63,989 nucleotides of DNA, filler included, from Craspedostauros australis (GCA_030167865.1; 7 parts of 7 records of this genome joined end to end with filler, not necessarily neighbours in it); one strand, 5' to 3'; counted from the first letter of the whole stretch, positions 37,101-50,239 are shown. A program made the numbers and translations. The notes: generated by a model from the letters alone, not told the origin.

Positions 37101-39443
37101 GTTGGGTCCAACTGCCAAGTCTCTCACACGTCTGTGCTGGTGGAAGGAGCACAAGCACCGCCCAACACTACCATCCGCGGCAATCCAGGTTTCATCCATG
37201 TCACATGCACACATGGAGCCACAGACGCAGACGCTGGCAGTAACAATGACAGTCTGGAGATAGCGACAAACGCAACTCGCCCCACCACACAATCCACTGC
37301 AGGAAATCGCAGATGGATCATATTGGGTGCGATGAAAATGCTGTGGTTGCTGATGGAACTTTACTTCGCTTTCGCCTGCTTTCTGGTGGTCGACATCCTA
37401 GTCCGGGATGAGTTACCAGACTGGAGGTATGCGAGGCTGCTCTATTGGATTACTTCCATTGGTCTAACTTCCACATTCTTCATCGTTTCCAGCATCATGC
37501 TCAAGTGGGTGATGATCGGCAAAAAACGGCCAGGCCCCGCATGTCAGAGCGTACCATCTGAACTTGCCAGTTGGGCATGTGACTTCCACTACAGCCTCGG
37601 AGGCGCCGTGCTATATGGATTGACATTTCACTCATTGATCTGGAATGTCATCCTCTTGGCATTTGGGATGGACATTGATCTGCAATCGCATGTCTCAGCA
37701 CATGCCTTCCTTCCATCTCAGCTGGACCTCATCACAGTCAAACGATCCTTCGTGTCCAAATCTACCTTCGACATCAAACAGGATGGCCAATACAAAGCCA
37801 TCAAGGTTGAAGACAGCAGCATCGGGTTGAACGTGGTCTGCGGCCCAGGAGTGACAGTCAGCAAATCCCTGGTGTCTCCAGCCACTTTCGTCACCACCGA
37901 CCTGGTCCACGATCAACACGACCCGAGAAATGAACTTGTCACATGCTGGGAGTTGATACGGATCATCCTCCTGAACACGATCCTGTATGTTAGGAATTGA
38001 GGGTACAACTTTGTCGGAATACCCGTGATTGCCGCACCTCCCAACATTGTTCGTCACAGCTTTGAATATTATTCATCACATGTTCAGAGACTATTTGTCA
38101 CACCTTTGTATACCATGTCATTATGACTATGACTAAGCATACGGACGCGATTGATACCTGTATAACCGCGAGGAGGATAGCCTGTCCTCTGGTAACGTAA
38201 GGAAAACACCCATGGCGGATCAGGAGGTCCCGATACCACGCCAACCATGTCAACCATCCAGACGACGACGTCGATCAGAAGAGCATGTCCATGGGCAAGT
38301 GACGCACCTTCTTCAGAGGACAGCACATGCCTCTCCTGCGGACAAGAACATCCGCAGGTTTGGAACATCAGAAAGGATCAGAACATCCGCAGGATTGGAA
38401 CATCACCAAAGATGACATCGATCATGAGACGACGATGTCGTGGGAATCAATGACGGAAACATGAGATAGGCAAGTGCTCAAGACTGCAGATCCCTACCAT
38501 GCAAGCGTAGACAGCTACGACGATGCAGAGACAAGGAAGCAAGAACAGAGCATGATGAANNNNNNNNNNNNNNNNNNNNNNNNNNNNNNNNNNNNNNNNN
38601 NNNNNNNNNNNNNNNNNNNNNNNNNNNNNNNNNNNNNNNAAGAGAAAGTGAGATTGTGCTCACAGTTCTAAAACGGTACAGTTTCTAACAGCAGATTAGA
38701 TCTTAGTACTAACTATAACCCCGGATTTCCAACACCTGTACATCATCATGCTAGTCATGGTCGCTGCCAGCTTCATTCCAGCATTCGAGCTGTGGATGAA
38801 TGTCGTCAAGCCACAGACGCCGGTGGGTGCAGTGCCGGTTGTCGTGGTGTGCGTCATCATCCAGACCGTCGTTTGGCTCATCCTGTTGCAAGCAGTTGAG
38901 CTACTCACGCTAGCAGGAAGTGACAGCCGTACCGAACCATGGTGCGTCCCATTGTACATGGTCTACCAATCCTTGTGCTACTCGGTCCAAGTCTGGTCCT
39001 TCGTGTCGCTTTTGTGGGGCACACCAATGATGAATGCAGTGCTCCGACTGCAGGGTGCAGATGTACAGGGAAGATTGCTGTACTTTGGCTTCCGGATCTA
39101 CGAAGCTTCTCTGATGATATTTGGTGATGGGGCTGTGGTGGACGAATCAGGCATCTCTGGCCATTACGGCATATTCTCAACGATCACTCTGGGAAAATGC
39201 TACATCGATGGCATCATGCATCAAAGATGCTTTACATTGACTCGGAGCGTACCAACAACCCAAACTGCATGTCCAAGCACGATTGAGTACGGCCCAGGCA
39301 AGATGGTCGGCGATTTCGGGCCATCAGGCTTGAAGCAGCTGCACGAGCCGTCGCAGCGATCAATCAGCGATGGATCGTGTGAAGAACTGTCGGCAAAATC
39401 AGAGCAAGGAGGACCAGGCGATGCGCAAGCAGCTTGTGTTTGA
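34155..39443 (+). CDS. Fatty acyl-AMP ligase + carrier protein + three TM/beta-helix modules (Pls-like NRPS terminal region); interrupted by an LTR in this assembly
   Basis: FAAL motifs LQYTSGSTGNPKG, SWLPQYHDMGLI, NAAEPI, AYGLAEH, GEIWIAGPSVTAGYY, YLRTGD, GRKKDIII, KTTSGKIQR. Carrier motif DVGLSSM. Membrane modules with KWIVIGRY..FLRWWFVDRL, KWVMIGKKRPG and LWGTPMMNAVLRLQGADV, plus hexapeptide-like stretches. Removing 37988-38740 joins LNTILY-IIMLVMV in frame: 34155-37987 + 38741-39443 = 4536 nt, 1511 aa. Confidence 0.88.
37988..38734. mobile_element. Solo LTR, or collapsed full LTR element, with 6-bp target site duplication CCTGTA
   Basis: Starts TGTTAGGAA, ends TTCCAACA. CCTGTA at 37982-37987 and 38735-38740. 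Internal duplicated GAACATCCGCAGG(T/A)TTGGAACATCA and an internal N gap. Confidence 0.9.
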
Positions 39444-41559
39444 TTGCTCAGCCAGAATCACAACGGTGTAAGCAACTCGCTGCGAAGTACTTTCTCTTGG
39501 TCGTGTGGTAGCTGCGACTATTTGTATCAGACACAATTCTGCGGATCCGTTCTTTGGGGCACACTGTTGATGAGCGTTTCGCAGCGGCTCTTCATTCTCT
39601 CCGCCGCCGATGCTGCTGTACTCCAGAGTATCGCATTGCTGCCAGTGCATTCATCAGCCATGATTGCATTCATTGCAGACAACAGAAAAGTGATGACAGG
39701 TGTGGCCCGCCGACTGTGTTGGCGTTTGCCACAGCGCGGGCTTTTGCGGTTGGCGAATCAGCCAGTACCGCCTCGCTCATCATCAATGTGGTTGTTGCCG
39801 TTGCGGTTCCCGTCGTCGTTGCTGGAAGTGGATGCATCCAGCCAGCGCCACTCGCACGGTGCAAGACACGGCTCACCACCCTCGCTGCGGCTCATCTTGG
39901 AAGAGCGGCACCGGACGCTCCAATGCGAGGAACTGTCGCAAGTCGAGTTGCCGGAAGGAGTCGGATAGCGTTCGAAGTTGCAGCAGTATGAACGAGAAGA
40001 AGAGCAGATGGAAAATGGGAGACGACCAACTACCATCCACCAGCCACCACCAACCATCAATTAACCAAGAGTCAACGTGGCACAACAGCTCGTAAGGACA
40101 GCGAAAAAGACAAAAGAGATCTCTCCTTTCACTTGCTACCAGCATTGAACCAGCAGCATAGTACAAGTAGGGCCACAACTCTGAGACCCCCATTTAACTC
40201 ACAATACATCAATGAACATAGAATGAACCCTGTACATCCGAACACATCACCAATTGCCTGTCCCCCAATGCAAACGCTCTCTGCACGCACACAGATACGT
40301 AGGGTACTCATGCGGATGTACTCGTGTTCAGTGGAGCACGAGTATAGTGCACACGCATGATAATCTTCATGACAAAAGCAACCAGAACAGCGTCCCCATA
40401 GTAGCTTTTGTTTCATGCTGCCACGTTGCCTGCAGCATACGAATATACATAGAGTACTCGTAATGCTCTGCATAGTGCCACAGACTTGTGGCATCATCAT
40501 GCATGATATAGATAGATCCTGCCCAAGTTCGAACACCCGCCGCAACCCCATGCCTCATGTGCCATGCCTCATGCATACTCGTACACGTGCAAGCCATGGG
40601 ACATCACTTCCTTGGCTCTCCACGCTTTGTTTTCACAGTCCATGTCCAAGTACAGACGCTTTACATGATTGTCCCAATGCCGCAGACCTGAGGCATGCAT
40701 CTTCGTCTTTGTCCCATGCTCCAGTTGGTCCAACATGTCCAACGCGTCCGGTCGCAGTATCTTGGCCTGATCCTGCTTCACCGCCAGCTTGATGATGTCC
40801 TGCTTCATCTGCGCCATCAGTTTGCAATTGTTGCCATCATGGAGAGCGATCATGGCCAACAGTTCCTCGTTCTGAGAATGTGGTTGCTCAAATTTGGTAG
40901 CCAGCATGTAGGTACCATGCAGTTTGCTGTCCTTCTTGCCGGTCTCCTGCTCGATTCCCCCAAATGACTGCTCCAAACTTGCCATAATAGAGCCCAAACG
41001 TAATGGCTGTTGTCTTGTTGGCTGTTGTTTAGCTGTAGGGCAGAGGCTTGATTGACAAGCGGGTCCAAACAAAAGTCTTCTGTTCCACAAGTAGTCAATT
41101 GAGAATACTGGTAGATGGTGAAGAAACGTGCGGAATATGAGATTAGTGCAATGATTCTTGTTGGTGTGACACCTTGTGTGGGTTATCCTCAGAAAAGGGG
41201 TCATAGGGTTTGCGTAGATCCAGTACCAGGGGAAAGTTTCCCTCCATCAAGTTGGGAGCGAGTCAAAGGGTTTTGGTGCGCGTTCCCACGTGGTGCCGTA
41301 CCATCGATCCAGCAGTCTTGTATCGGCATCAAGTTTTCCGCGGGGAGGGGTTCCAGTGGCTGGGTTATCGGAACCCTCTGATTTCCTTGACACGGGTTCC
41401 AAAGATCTGCTTCAATGATCCGGATCTGTCCCCAAACGTGGTTGCCGATGGGATGTGGGTTTGATCTACTGGACTGCCATCTAGTTGGATGATTCGTAGT
41501 GGCTCCCACTGAGGTAGTTACTAGTTTAGCTCTATTATGCAATCTGCGATTGCAGCAAA

Positions 41560-43320
41560 GCCTCATCTGCTCTGCTCTCTCAGAGACAGCGCGGTATGCA
41601 AAGGGCAACTCACAACGCACGCCGCACTGTCTTGTGCTGGATTTGGACATGGCGATTGCCTGCTGATGCTTCGGATCGAGAATCTCGCTTCCCAACGCCC
41701 GCTCTTGGAGCCAAAGTCCATGTGGAGGTCGAACACCGAGGATTCGGTTTCGGACAGCTTGAGCTTCGTCGCTGCCAAGTCATTCCGTGATGATGCGCTG
41801 ATGATTCGCAGAGGGACTCGAGCTCGCGGATCCTTCCTTGTCCCATCACAGCAGGAGCGGCCATTTCATGTCATGTCATGTCATGTCATTGAGGGATGGC
41901 GCACCGCATCGATCGTCTCCGCACCACCTTGCGATCTTTGCATGGCGTTGCTGAGATATGCCTGCAGATTCAGGATGGCCACACCCTTCTGCTCCATTGC
42001 ATCCTACTGATCCGCCAAGCTGCGTTCCAGAAATCCAACGCGGTTCTGCAAGTCGCTGGTCAGACCCATCTGCGCGTTCTGGTTCTGGTTTTGATTCTGG
42101 AAATGGACAGGGGCCTGATCAAGCTGTCGCGACAACGAGGCATATTGATCCTCAAGAGCCTGGCATTCTCCAGCCAGCCTCTGCATCTGCATCTTGGCGA
42201 GACCATCTGAGTCTCACTTGCAACCTTGCTCTCCTCGAGGTTGGCAAGGTCATGTTGGAGACCTTCGATGATGTCATCCAGCATTGCTTGCGACTGTCCA
42301 GCATGATTCATTTGGTCATGCAGGTCATTACGCTCTTGGGTGCCTGTTTCGAGCTCTGTCGCAGACTGCAGATCCAAGTTGGTCTGACAAAGAGCTTCCA
42401 CTTCTTCATCAGCAATTGTATCGCCGGACCGCGACGCAGCCCGAGCATGTCCCAACTCGATGATCGCACCGTCCCTCTCTTCAGATGCATGCTGCAGCTT
42501 GACAATGAAATGTTCGCTGGAATTCATCTGCTCTCCTTGAGGTTGGCAAGGTCACGTTGCAGACCTTCGATGGTGCCATCCAGCCTTGCTTGCGACTGTC
42601 CAACATGATTCATTTGCTCGCACAGCTCGTTGCGCTCTTGGGTGCCTGTTTCGAGTTCTGCATGTAGACTGCAAACCCGAGCTGATCTGACGAAGAGCCT
42701 CTACTTCTTTGTCAGGCAACCCATGCTGGACTGCGACACAGCCTGCGAATGTCCCAACTCGATGATTGTGGCGTCTCTCTCTCTCTCTTTGGTTGCATGC
42801 TGCAGCTCGATGACGTGATGCTCACCAGCATCTCTTCACTCTCAGCCAGCAAGACCTCGTTGCCTTTGTTGGTCCATTCTTTGGCGTCAATGACTGCTTG
42901 CAGTTCAATCTGAAATGCATCAAGGTGTGATCTGGCCTACTGTATAGCAGAGGCAAGGTCACTTCCACGGCCTGGATTGGAATGCTGGTGCATCCGCGTG
43001 ACTGTTTGCTGCCTTCAACCTCCTTCTCTGCTTGCTCCTTCGCCGCAATGGTCACTTGCTCCGTAGTACAAATCGTGGAAATCTCCTTCTTAGCATCGTT
43101 GGTCATCACCTCCTTTGCCTCGAGCAGCTCCACAATGCGTGCCTTGTCCTTGGTGGACTGCGAATGGAGCTTAGTGACCATCAGAGCATGATAGCTTGCG
43201 ACAGTTGCCGCATGAGAAGCTTCTCGATGTCGACTCGCACATCCCCATTTGGTGTCTCCAACCCTCCCACAAGCTGCTTCCCTCCTGTGTCCATGGCAGT
43301 GAGGCTTTTCACGCAGGGAC
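41560..43320 (-). pseudogene. Degenerate coiled-coil protein gene with an internal ~300-bp tandem duplication
   Basis: Several short minus-strand ORFs rich in E/Q/L/K/A heptads in different frames. 42227-42528 and 42529-42820 are diverged tandem copies. Confidence 0.45.
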
Positions 43321-43524
43321 AATCGTGTACCAAGGCTGATCGAGCAACCTGGACAGACTGGAGCAATGGTGCTTGTGGTTGGATTGGATTGATCTCCGAA
43401 GATGATGATTGAGTGTTGTGAGCAGCTGGTCCAAGTTTGGCATTGTTGAGTTTGCCGGTGTTGGATAGTGTTGGACAGAGTTGGATTTTCGTGTGCTGTT
43501 GTGACACAATCCAGAAGGGATAGC

Positions 43525-44508
43525 CTAGTGCCTTCAAGAGGCGCCTGTAGCCAAACAATTTGGCTACAGTTGGCTACAATTGGATCACAAAAAACTGCTC
43601 TGTAGAATGTAGTACATTTTCTACGTAAATCCCGAACAAAAACAGGCCAAACACAGCATCAACCGTAGTCCAACTCTCCGCACTCAGCTCATGTGCGTGT
43701 TCCTGTACTCATCTTGATTCTATATCATTAAATGGCGTTTATATATACAATCCTAAAGTTTGGTGGCTGTTGCTGTCTTGCTCGGTGAGCATTGATGTGA
43801 TCCGCCAAGCACCCCCATCATTCACGGACGTTTTTTGGCTTCTGGTTGGCATGTTTTCTTGTTCTGATTGGTCCAAAGAAGTGTTCCAACCATCGCTGAC
43901 GTCATGATGACGCAAGCATTGGAACAAGAATTCGCCAAACTTGCCACCGAAATCGGGGATCCAAGTGGTCAAATATCGTTCCGATCTCCATGGGAACACT
44001 AAACGCAAGCATACCAACACACCATGGCAATCCAACAATGTATAGATCATATGATTGTGACCGCCTCGGAGAGGGGATTCTACAATGATACGCATTGTTG
44101 CGAATGAGCCAACGAATGCTCAGCGCGGAGACTTCAAAGATGGAGAGTCGAATTTCTCGAAAAAGGAGGCCAGATCCTACCGGACTCCTGTAGAATTCTA
44201 CGTGTAGCAAACTGTAGCCAACGATATCCAAAAAACAACCGGTCCGTCCTTCGTCTGAAGGCAAAACCACACCAAGGGGGTCAACAAACACAAAAAGATC
44301 GACGAGATGGTAGTAACAACATAGTAATGATATCACTTGCCTGGATAGCCCTGGCTCTTAAGTTTACGTAGATATGAAGAGATGCTGGATTGAGTGTCTA
44401 TAAAACGAAGGCGGAGTTTGGGAAAAACTGATCCAAAATCTGTAGCCAACTGTAGCCAATTGTAGCCAAAAATCGCCAATTTTTTGGTCTGGCTCTTGAA
44501 GGCACTAG
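43525..44508. mobile_element. MITE-like non-autonomous TIR element (~980 bp)
   Basis: Perfect inverted CTAGTGCCTTCAAGAG (43525-43540) / CTCTTGAAGGCACTAG (44493-44508), including a TA or CTAG target duplication. Clustered TGTAGCCA/TGGCTACA subterminal motifs at both ends. Confidence 0.8.
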
Positions 44509-47500
44509 TTGACTGCCAGATTCGAGGAATCTGATGGTGAAGTCAACTTGGGGCGACCGTCTGGGGATTAGTAGTGAATGACAATGAAGTAGATTAGTGT
44601 TGTTGTGCTGATCTTGAGTTGTGCTATTTGTTATTTGAATAGTCTGCATTGTGAGTTGATCAGTTTGAGATGCAGGATGAAGAAACGATAGTCAGTTTGA
44701 GTAGTGTGGCTCTGCACTGACCTTCAGAGGTTCAGTGCTGAGGGCGGACGGGTCCACTCTTTCTCTCTTTCTCCAATATCTCATCGTAGTTGTTCTACGT
44801 TCAAGTACTAAGCTTTGACACCTTGATTGAGGTTGAGATTGAGAACACAGGTTGTTGAGCCGAGGGAATTTGATGTAGGATTCCCTGCATGTGTTGAAGC
44901 AGGGAAGATCTCTTGACTGTTGTCGTGCAGGGTTATCAGGTTGGTTAGCTGACAACGGAATTCAGGTTGGCTGCATTACAATAGTTCAGGAGAGCACATA
45001 GTTCCCAGGGTGTCTTGATCCCATTGATTCGGATAGTATTTGAGTCAGTGGTGATTCATGATTGAGTGTGGGAGAAGGAGGCAAAAGAGTGATTGTTCTG
45101 TATTTGTTGGTGGGAGGTTTCGCGCCAAAATTTCGCGCCAAAATAATTTCATGGTGCGACAAGGAACACACTGAGTGAAAAGTAGCCCGTTCTTTAGATG
45201 AACTTCAACTGACAGTGATGGACCCATGCCATTGTTTGTTGTTACCTCACTCTTGTCCCATTGTTGGTGTTGCTGTTCTTTTGCGCGGTGTCCCATGTGT
45301 GGCCCAGTGTGCATCCCATTGGCTGGATTGCTGATGTTTCATGTGGCGTCCCCTTGTGTGTCCCCTTGGGACGTTGTTCCCATGTCTGTACCCGTTTCAG
45401 CATTTCTGATCTTTCATATTGTGACCATTGCTCCTTCCCTTCTGGATGGATGTCTCTGTGTCCATACCCATTGTCAGCATTGTTGATGTTTGTGTATCGT
45501 CCCCTTGTTCAACCCTGTAAATTGTGTGATAATCGAGCTTGACACCAAGTAGGTGGACACCCTGGTGGAGCTGGCAGTGATCATGCCATGCATGCATCGA
45601 CGAACGGATCGAAGCTGCTTGGGATCATGCCATCATCATTGTACTTGCCCATGTTATCATCATGTTGACTGAAGGCATGAGATGCGCTAGCAAGAGTAAA
45701 TGTGGAGGCATCTGCTTGCTTTGTTATCTTGCTGCCCTGCTGTCTCCTTTCAGAACATGGTCAATGATGATAATTCTCTTTCACCACCAAGAGCTTGATG
45801 GCCCCCATCACACTCCGGTTACTGCTATCAAGATCCAAGGTTTAGCCGAAACCTCTCACTTACATGGAGCTGTTGTGGCTGAATTCATTCATACCATCAC
45901 GGAATGTGCCCAGCTCTTCCTCTGACAATGAACTGTCGATGGGGTCCACTGATGGATTCATGGTGTGTCCTGCTTTGTTCTGGACAGGTACGTCATCCAC
46001 AAGCGGCAACGTGAGAAGTGTCATTGTGACTGATCATCATAGTCATTGTCAACGGCAACGTCCCCAAAGTTGTCACTGCCATCGTCGCCTCAGCCATCCT
46101 GCATGTATCCATCATCGAAGTCATTGCCGCTGATGTCCATGTTCATGTTGGCATTGCTGAAGCCGTTTGATGGGCCAAAGAAGCTCATCTTGCTTCACGC
46201 AATCCGACCTGAGTATGGAGCCTGTTGTTGTGCATGTGTCTCGTTTGGGTGCTTTCCGATTGAGCGCGCTGAAAGTGAGGAATGGCCAACCGCCATTGTG
46301 CCAAAGGACCGAATGGAGGATTTATGACAGGAAAGCAGGGTGGAGCACATGTTCCCAATTGAACTCAATCTCTCTTCACTTCATCAACTCTGCGTTGTTG
46401 TGCGTTGCTGTGTGTGGGTTCGTGGCGTGTGTCCGCACGCCATGGAGTGCCCAGCATCGTGGGCTGCTCAGCATCGCGGAGTGTGGTGCTGTCTTCGGTG
46501 GAGTTCTCGCAGAGTCGCCGCGTTGGTGAGCATGGACGAAGGGATCGTGCCGACCTCCATCCACCCCAATCACTCGATCTTCGTGATTTTTGGCGCAAGA
46601 TCGTGTTTTTGTGTCGTGGATGACAGTTCGCATCAGATTTCTCGATCGGCGAAATGACCCAAACAGCGAACTGAGAGCCATTTGCATTCTCGTTTCCGCC
46701 CGATCCAACTTCGCCGAATGAGTGTTTTGGACAACACACAACAAGACGGGAAGAGAGTGCACAACTCGAACAAGATCAGCAATCCAGTATTCCAACACCC
46801 GAAGCTAGAATGCATCCGAGCACCATACTCTACTCTACTTCACAGGTACTCATTGTCAATCGTTATCGCTATCACCATCAGCATGGTTATATAAGTGATG
46901 TTATCTTGCATGGAGCACTTCATGCCACTCTACATTACTTCACCACTATGTCCGACTTCATGACCACCACCATCTCATCTTCGTTGATCATGTATGTTCT
47001 GCTGCTGCTTGTTCATGCTGGCGAGGCTTGCACGAAGAGGATCGTTGGTTGGATGACGTTGAAAACAATAGTGTGTGGTGTGGAGACGGCGTACTTGTGG
47101 ATCTCTTTGCCTGAGGCTCATCTTCTGTGCCGTTGTTCTACCATGCAACGCTCGGCTTCTTGCCTGGAGCGCACAAACTAAGAGCAAGAGGAGCTGTCAC
47201 CGTTGTGCGTGCCACTGCTGCTGGTGGTACTCGGCGTGCGTCCGAAGTTTCGGTTCGACATCGCACGCTGATGCAACGGTGGAAGTGATTTCGGTGCTTC
47301 CAAGGGCGCGAAATCGTTCCTGGAGGCCGAACGCGATCTAACAGATGTCGAACGCGAGGTAAATCTGGAACGATGCGAACGATGTCTAGCGGTATTGATC
47401 TTGCAGCGACGGGCGCGGCTGGATGAGTCGAGTTCTGTGACAATTGTGGCAGCGAAAGCCGATCGCTTTCGTTCCACTCATTTGGTAGATCGATGTGGGC

Positions 47501-49154
47501 TTGCTGGCCGCTTGTCAACGAGCTGCTTGTGATGCGGAAGATGTTGATGGTCAAGGAGGTTGGAGATTTCTGGTTGCCCAACACATTTTGCATTCACAGC
47601 TTACATGGTAGTATTGTACGTAGTCGTAGTTATCTCGCTCATCCCTCAAGGGGATCATTTCAAGCATGTCCAGTGATGACTGATTGAACAAATACTCACC
47701 ATCGCAGGCTAATTCATTCATGTTGGCGGCATTGTTGCGGTGAGCTATTGTAGTTGTAAACAACGGCATGCACCGTTTGGAGCTGCTCAAGGGTGACTTC
47801 ATGACTCCCATGAGGATAGTGAAGACGGAGTCGACCAAGGAAGAGAGGGGGTGCCTCCGGAGGCTGTGGTGCCATCAGGACCGACGAGGGTGATCATTCT
47901 GTGAAGCACGAGAGTCCACCGAGCTGACGCTTGTCTCTCTCTTGCATCGTTCTTGGCCGATCATGCTGCTGCTGTTGGTGTTGCTCTTGTTTGTGATGTG
48001 GGTGTTGTGCATGATATTCATTGATTTGCTGAGTTGCTTGCATCTGAGTTGTTGGTGATGCTGATGCAGATGCTGATTTGTGAGATGAGGACTGGTGGCA
48101 ACGAAGAGACTTGAGGATCTCGCACAATGAGGACGCCACAAGATGGATGGGATTCATCGCCAATGCTGAGAGTAGCATCCATATACACGTGAACACCCTG
48201 GTGCGATCGTTTGGATGTTGCGCAGGCGTTCGCCACGAGAAATCGATGTTGTTTGGCATCTTCAGGGACGTCGCAGGTTCTCAACTACAAAAGTGTCTTT
48301 TGTTGTGGAGGGACCATTCATGTTGTGGTTGGAGGCATCCGTGGATGCTGGTGCTCTCGTCTATCGATGGCTCATGGGACAACCACTGTGGCAATATGAG
48401 TGATGGAATGCTGGAGTATCGGCATATGGAAATGGGGATCATCCTATCCCTCCATCATCAGGAGCGCCGATGACTTGCTGGTCAAACCTGTTGGGAACAC
48501 AATCGTTCAATCCACCGCCTTTATGCATACTTGTAGTAGTACAACGCATCGCGCATTTCCCATGTGCGGTTCTCAGGCAACCATGTTGCCGATTGAACTC
48601 CTTGGGGGATATGCGTACATCGTGACGTGCGATGGTTGCAATTGAGATTGTGATCATCTTGGTGTTCTCCCCATCACATCATCGCTGTTGGCGTCATCAT
48701 CACTTTCGTGGTTGTTTCGAGTTGGCGATCAGAGATCTCATTTGAACGCCTTTCTGACGTGTCCTTCTCATGAAAGAAGCTAATAATGTACTTAATTGAC
48801 GCACAGAATTCGTGTTCTCGTGTTCGCAACAGCGATGTTGTGGGGGTGTGTCGTGTTCTGTTCCTTCTTCTCGTTGTTGTGTGCGCCAGTTCGTACAGAG
48901 CAAAAGGAAGGATCCGCACTCTCCGGACAGCGCTGGTGTCCTCTCCCAAACCAGGGGAACCGCGGTAAAGACCATATATTGGTCGGTTTGCCGATGGGAC
49001 TCCGATAGTAGTCCAAGTAATCCGTTGCAACAAATTAGACTATCTAGAAGGTACTACCGTAGACAACAAATCGTCCTAGTGTGATCATGGTGATTAGAGT
49101 TATTCGTTAATAGTGTTATTCTTGTTCGTGTGTTGAGGGGTGGTCGGGATAGTC

Positions 49155-50239
49155 TCACTCGGTCTCTGTGCTGTCGTCATCGCCCTTTTTCAAGTTCGCA
49201 GGTGCTGGTGTGGCTTCGAAATCGCTGTCGCTATCGCTGTCCATGTGGAGGTCGATCAACACAGCCTCACGCTTTCTACGCTTCGTTTTAGCGATGCGCG
49301 GTGCGCGGGCGCAGGAGGGGACAGGAGGCGGCACCACAACCGAGACGGGGACAGGAGGAACAGCCGCTGGGCTGGAACGGCATGCCATGGCACGGNNNNN
49401 NNNNNNNNNNNNNNNNNNNNNNNNNNNNNNNNNNNNNNNNNNNNNNNNNNNNNNNNNNNNNNNNNNNNNNNNNNNNNNNNNNNNNNNNNNNNNNNNNNNN
49501 NNNNNNNNNNNNNNNNNNNNNNNNNNNNNNNNNNNNNNNNNNNNNNNNNNNNNNNNNNNNNNNNNNNNNNNNNNNNNNNNNNNNNNNNNNNNNNNNNNNN
49601 NNNNNNNNNNNNNNNNNNNNNNNNNNNNNNNNNNNNNNNNNNNNNNGAACAAATGTGACTTCGTCCTCCCCAAGCGAGGAGTAATCATCCCCATCCATTG
49701 TAATGCCCGCGGAATGCTTAGTTGTTTTATTCTCCGCCTTGCGCCCGTAGCGTGCCAAGTTGGTGGCACTGTGCACCACTGGATTCGCGGAGTACACCGG
49801 TACCAACCGAACAATCAANNNNNNNNNNNNNNNNNNNNNNNNNNNNNNNNNNNNNNNNNNNNNNNNNNNNNNNNNNNNNNNNNNNNNNNNNTGCATCGCA
49901 TGATCTGTGGTCATCTCAAAACGATCACTCACTTGGATGGGGAGAATCTCCCTGTGAATGCGGTAGGGTTGGGGGTGTCCGCGACACATCCTGCGAACAG
50001 CAAGCGCGTACGACTCGCCCCGCTCGCGTTGTCCCTGAAAAGAACGCATGTTGAAGTGTGTAGGCAGCTTCTTGTTCAGGCGGTCAAGCAGCTCCTTGTC
50101 CGTAGCTGCAGTGGATCCGAGTTCGTGGTTCTGCTTCAACCCCACCTCCAAAACACGTCCTTGCTCCTTGATCGACGCTTTGACGTCGCCGTAGCAAGTC
50201 CCACCTGGCAACTCGAAAGTAACTTCAAGCACCTCGCCA
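49155..50239 (-). CDS. Gapped hypothetical protein, possibly the accessory ORF of a DNA transposon
   Basis: Open frames across gaps: beta-rich LEVTFELPGG...GRVLEVG segment, then Pro-rich, basic (KTKRRKR) and acidic tail. A CAG|GGGAACCGCGG end-like motif lies downstream at 48952-48965. Confidence 0.4.

Noticed and set aside
44600..48700. Scattered 60-150 aa ORFs
   Set aside because: No domain motifs or splice-consistent model; probably decayed repeats or pseudogenes.
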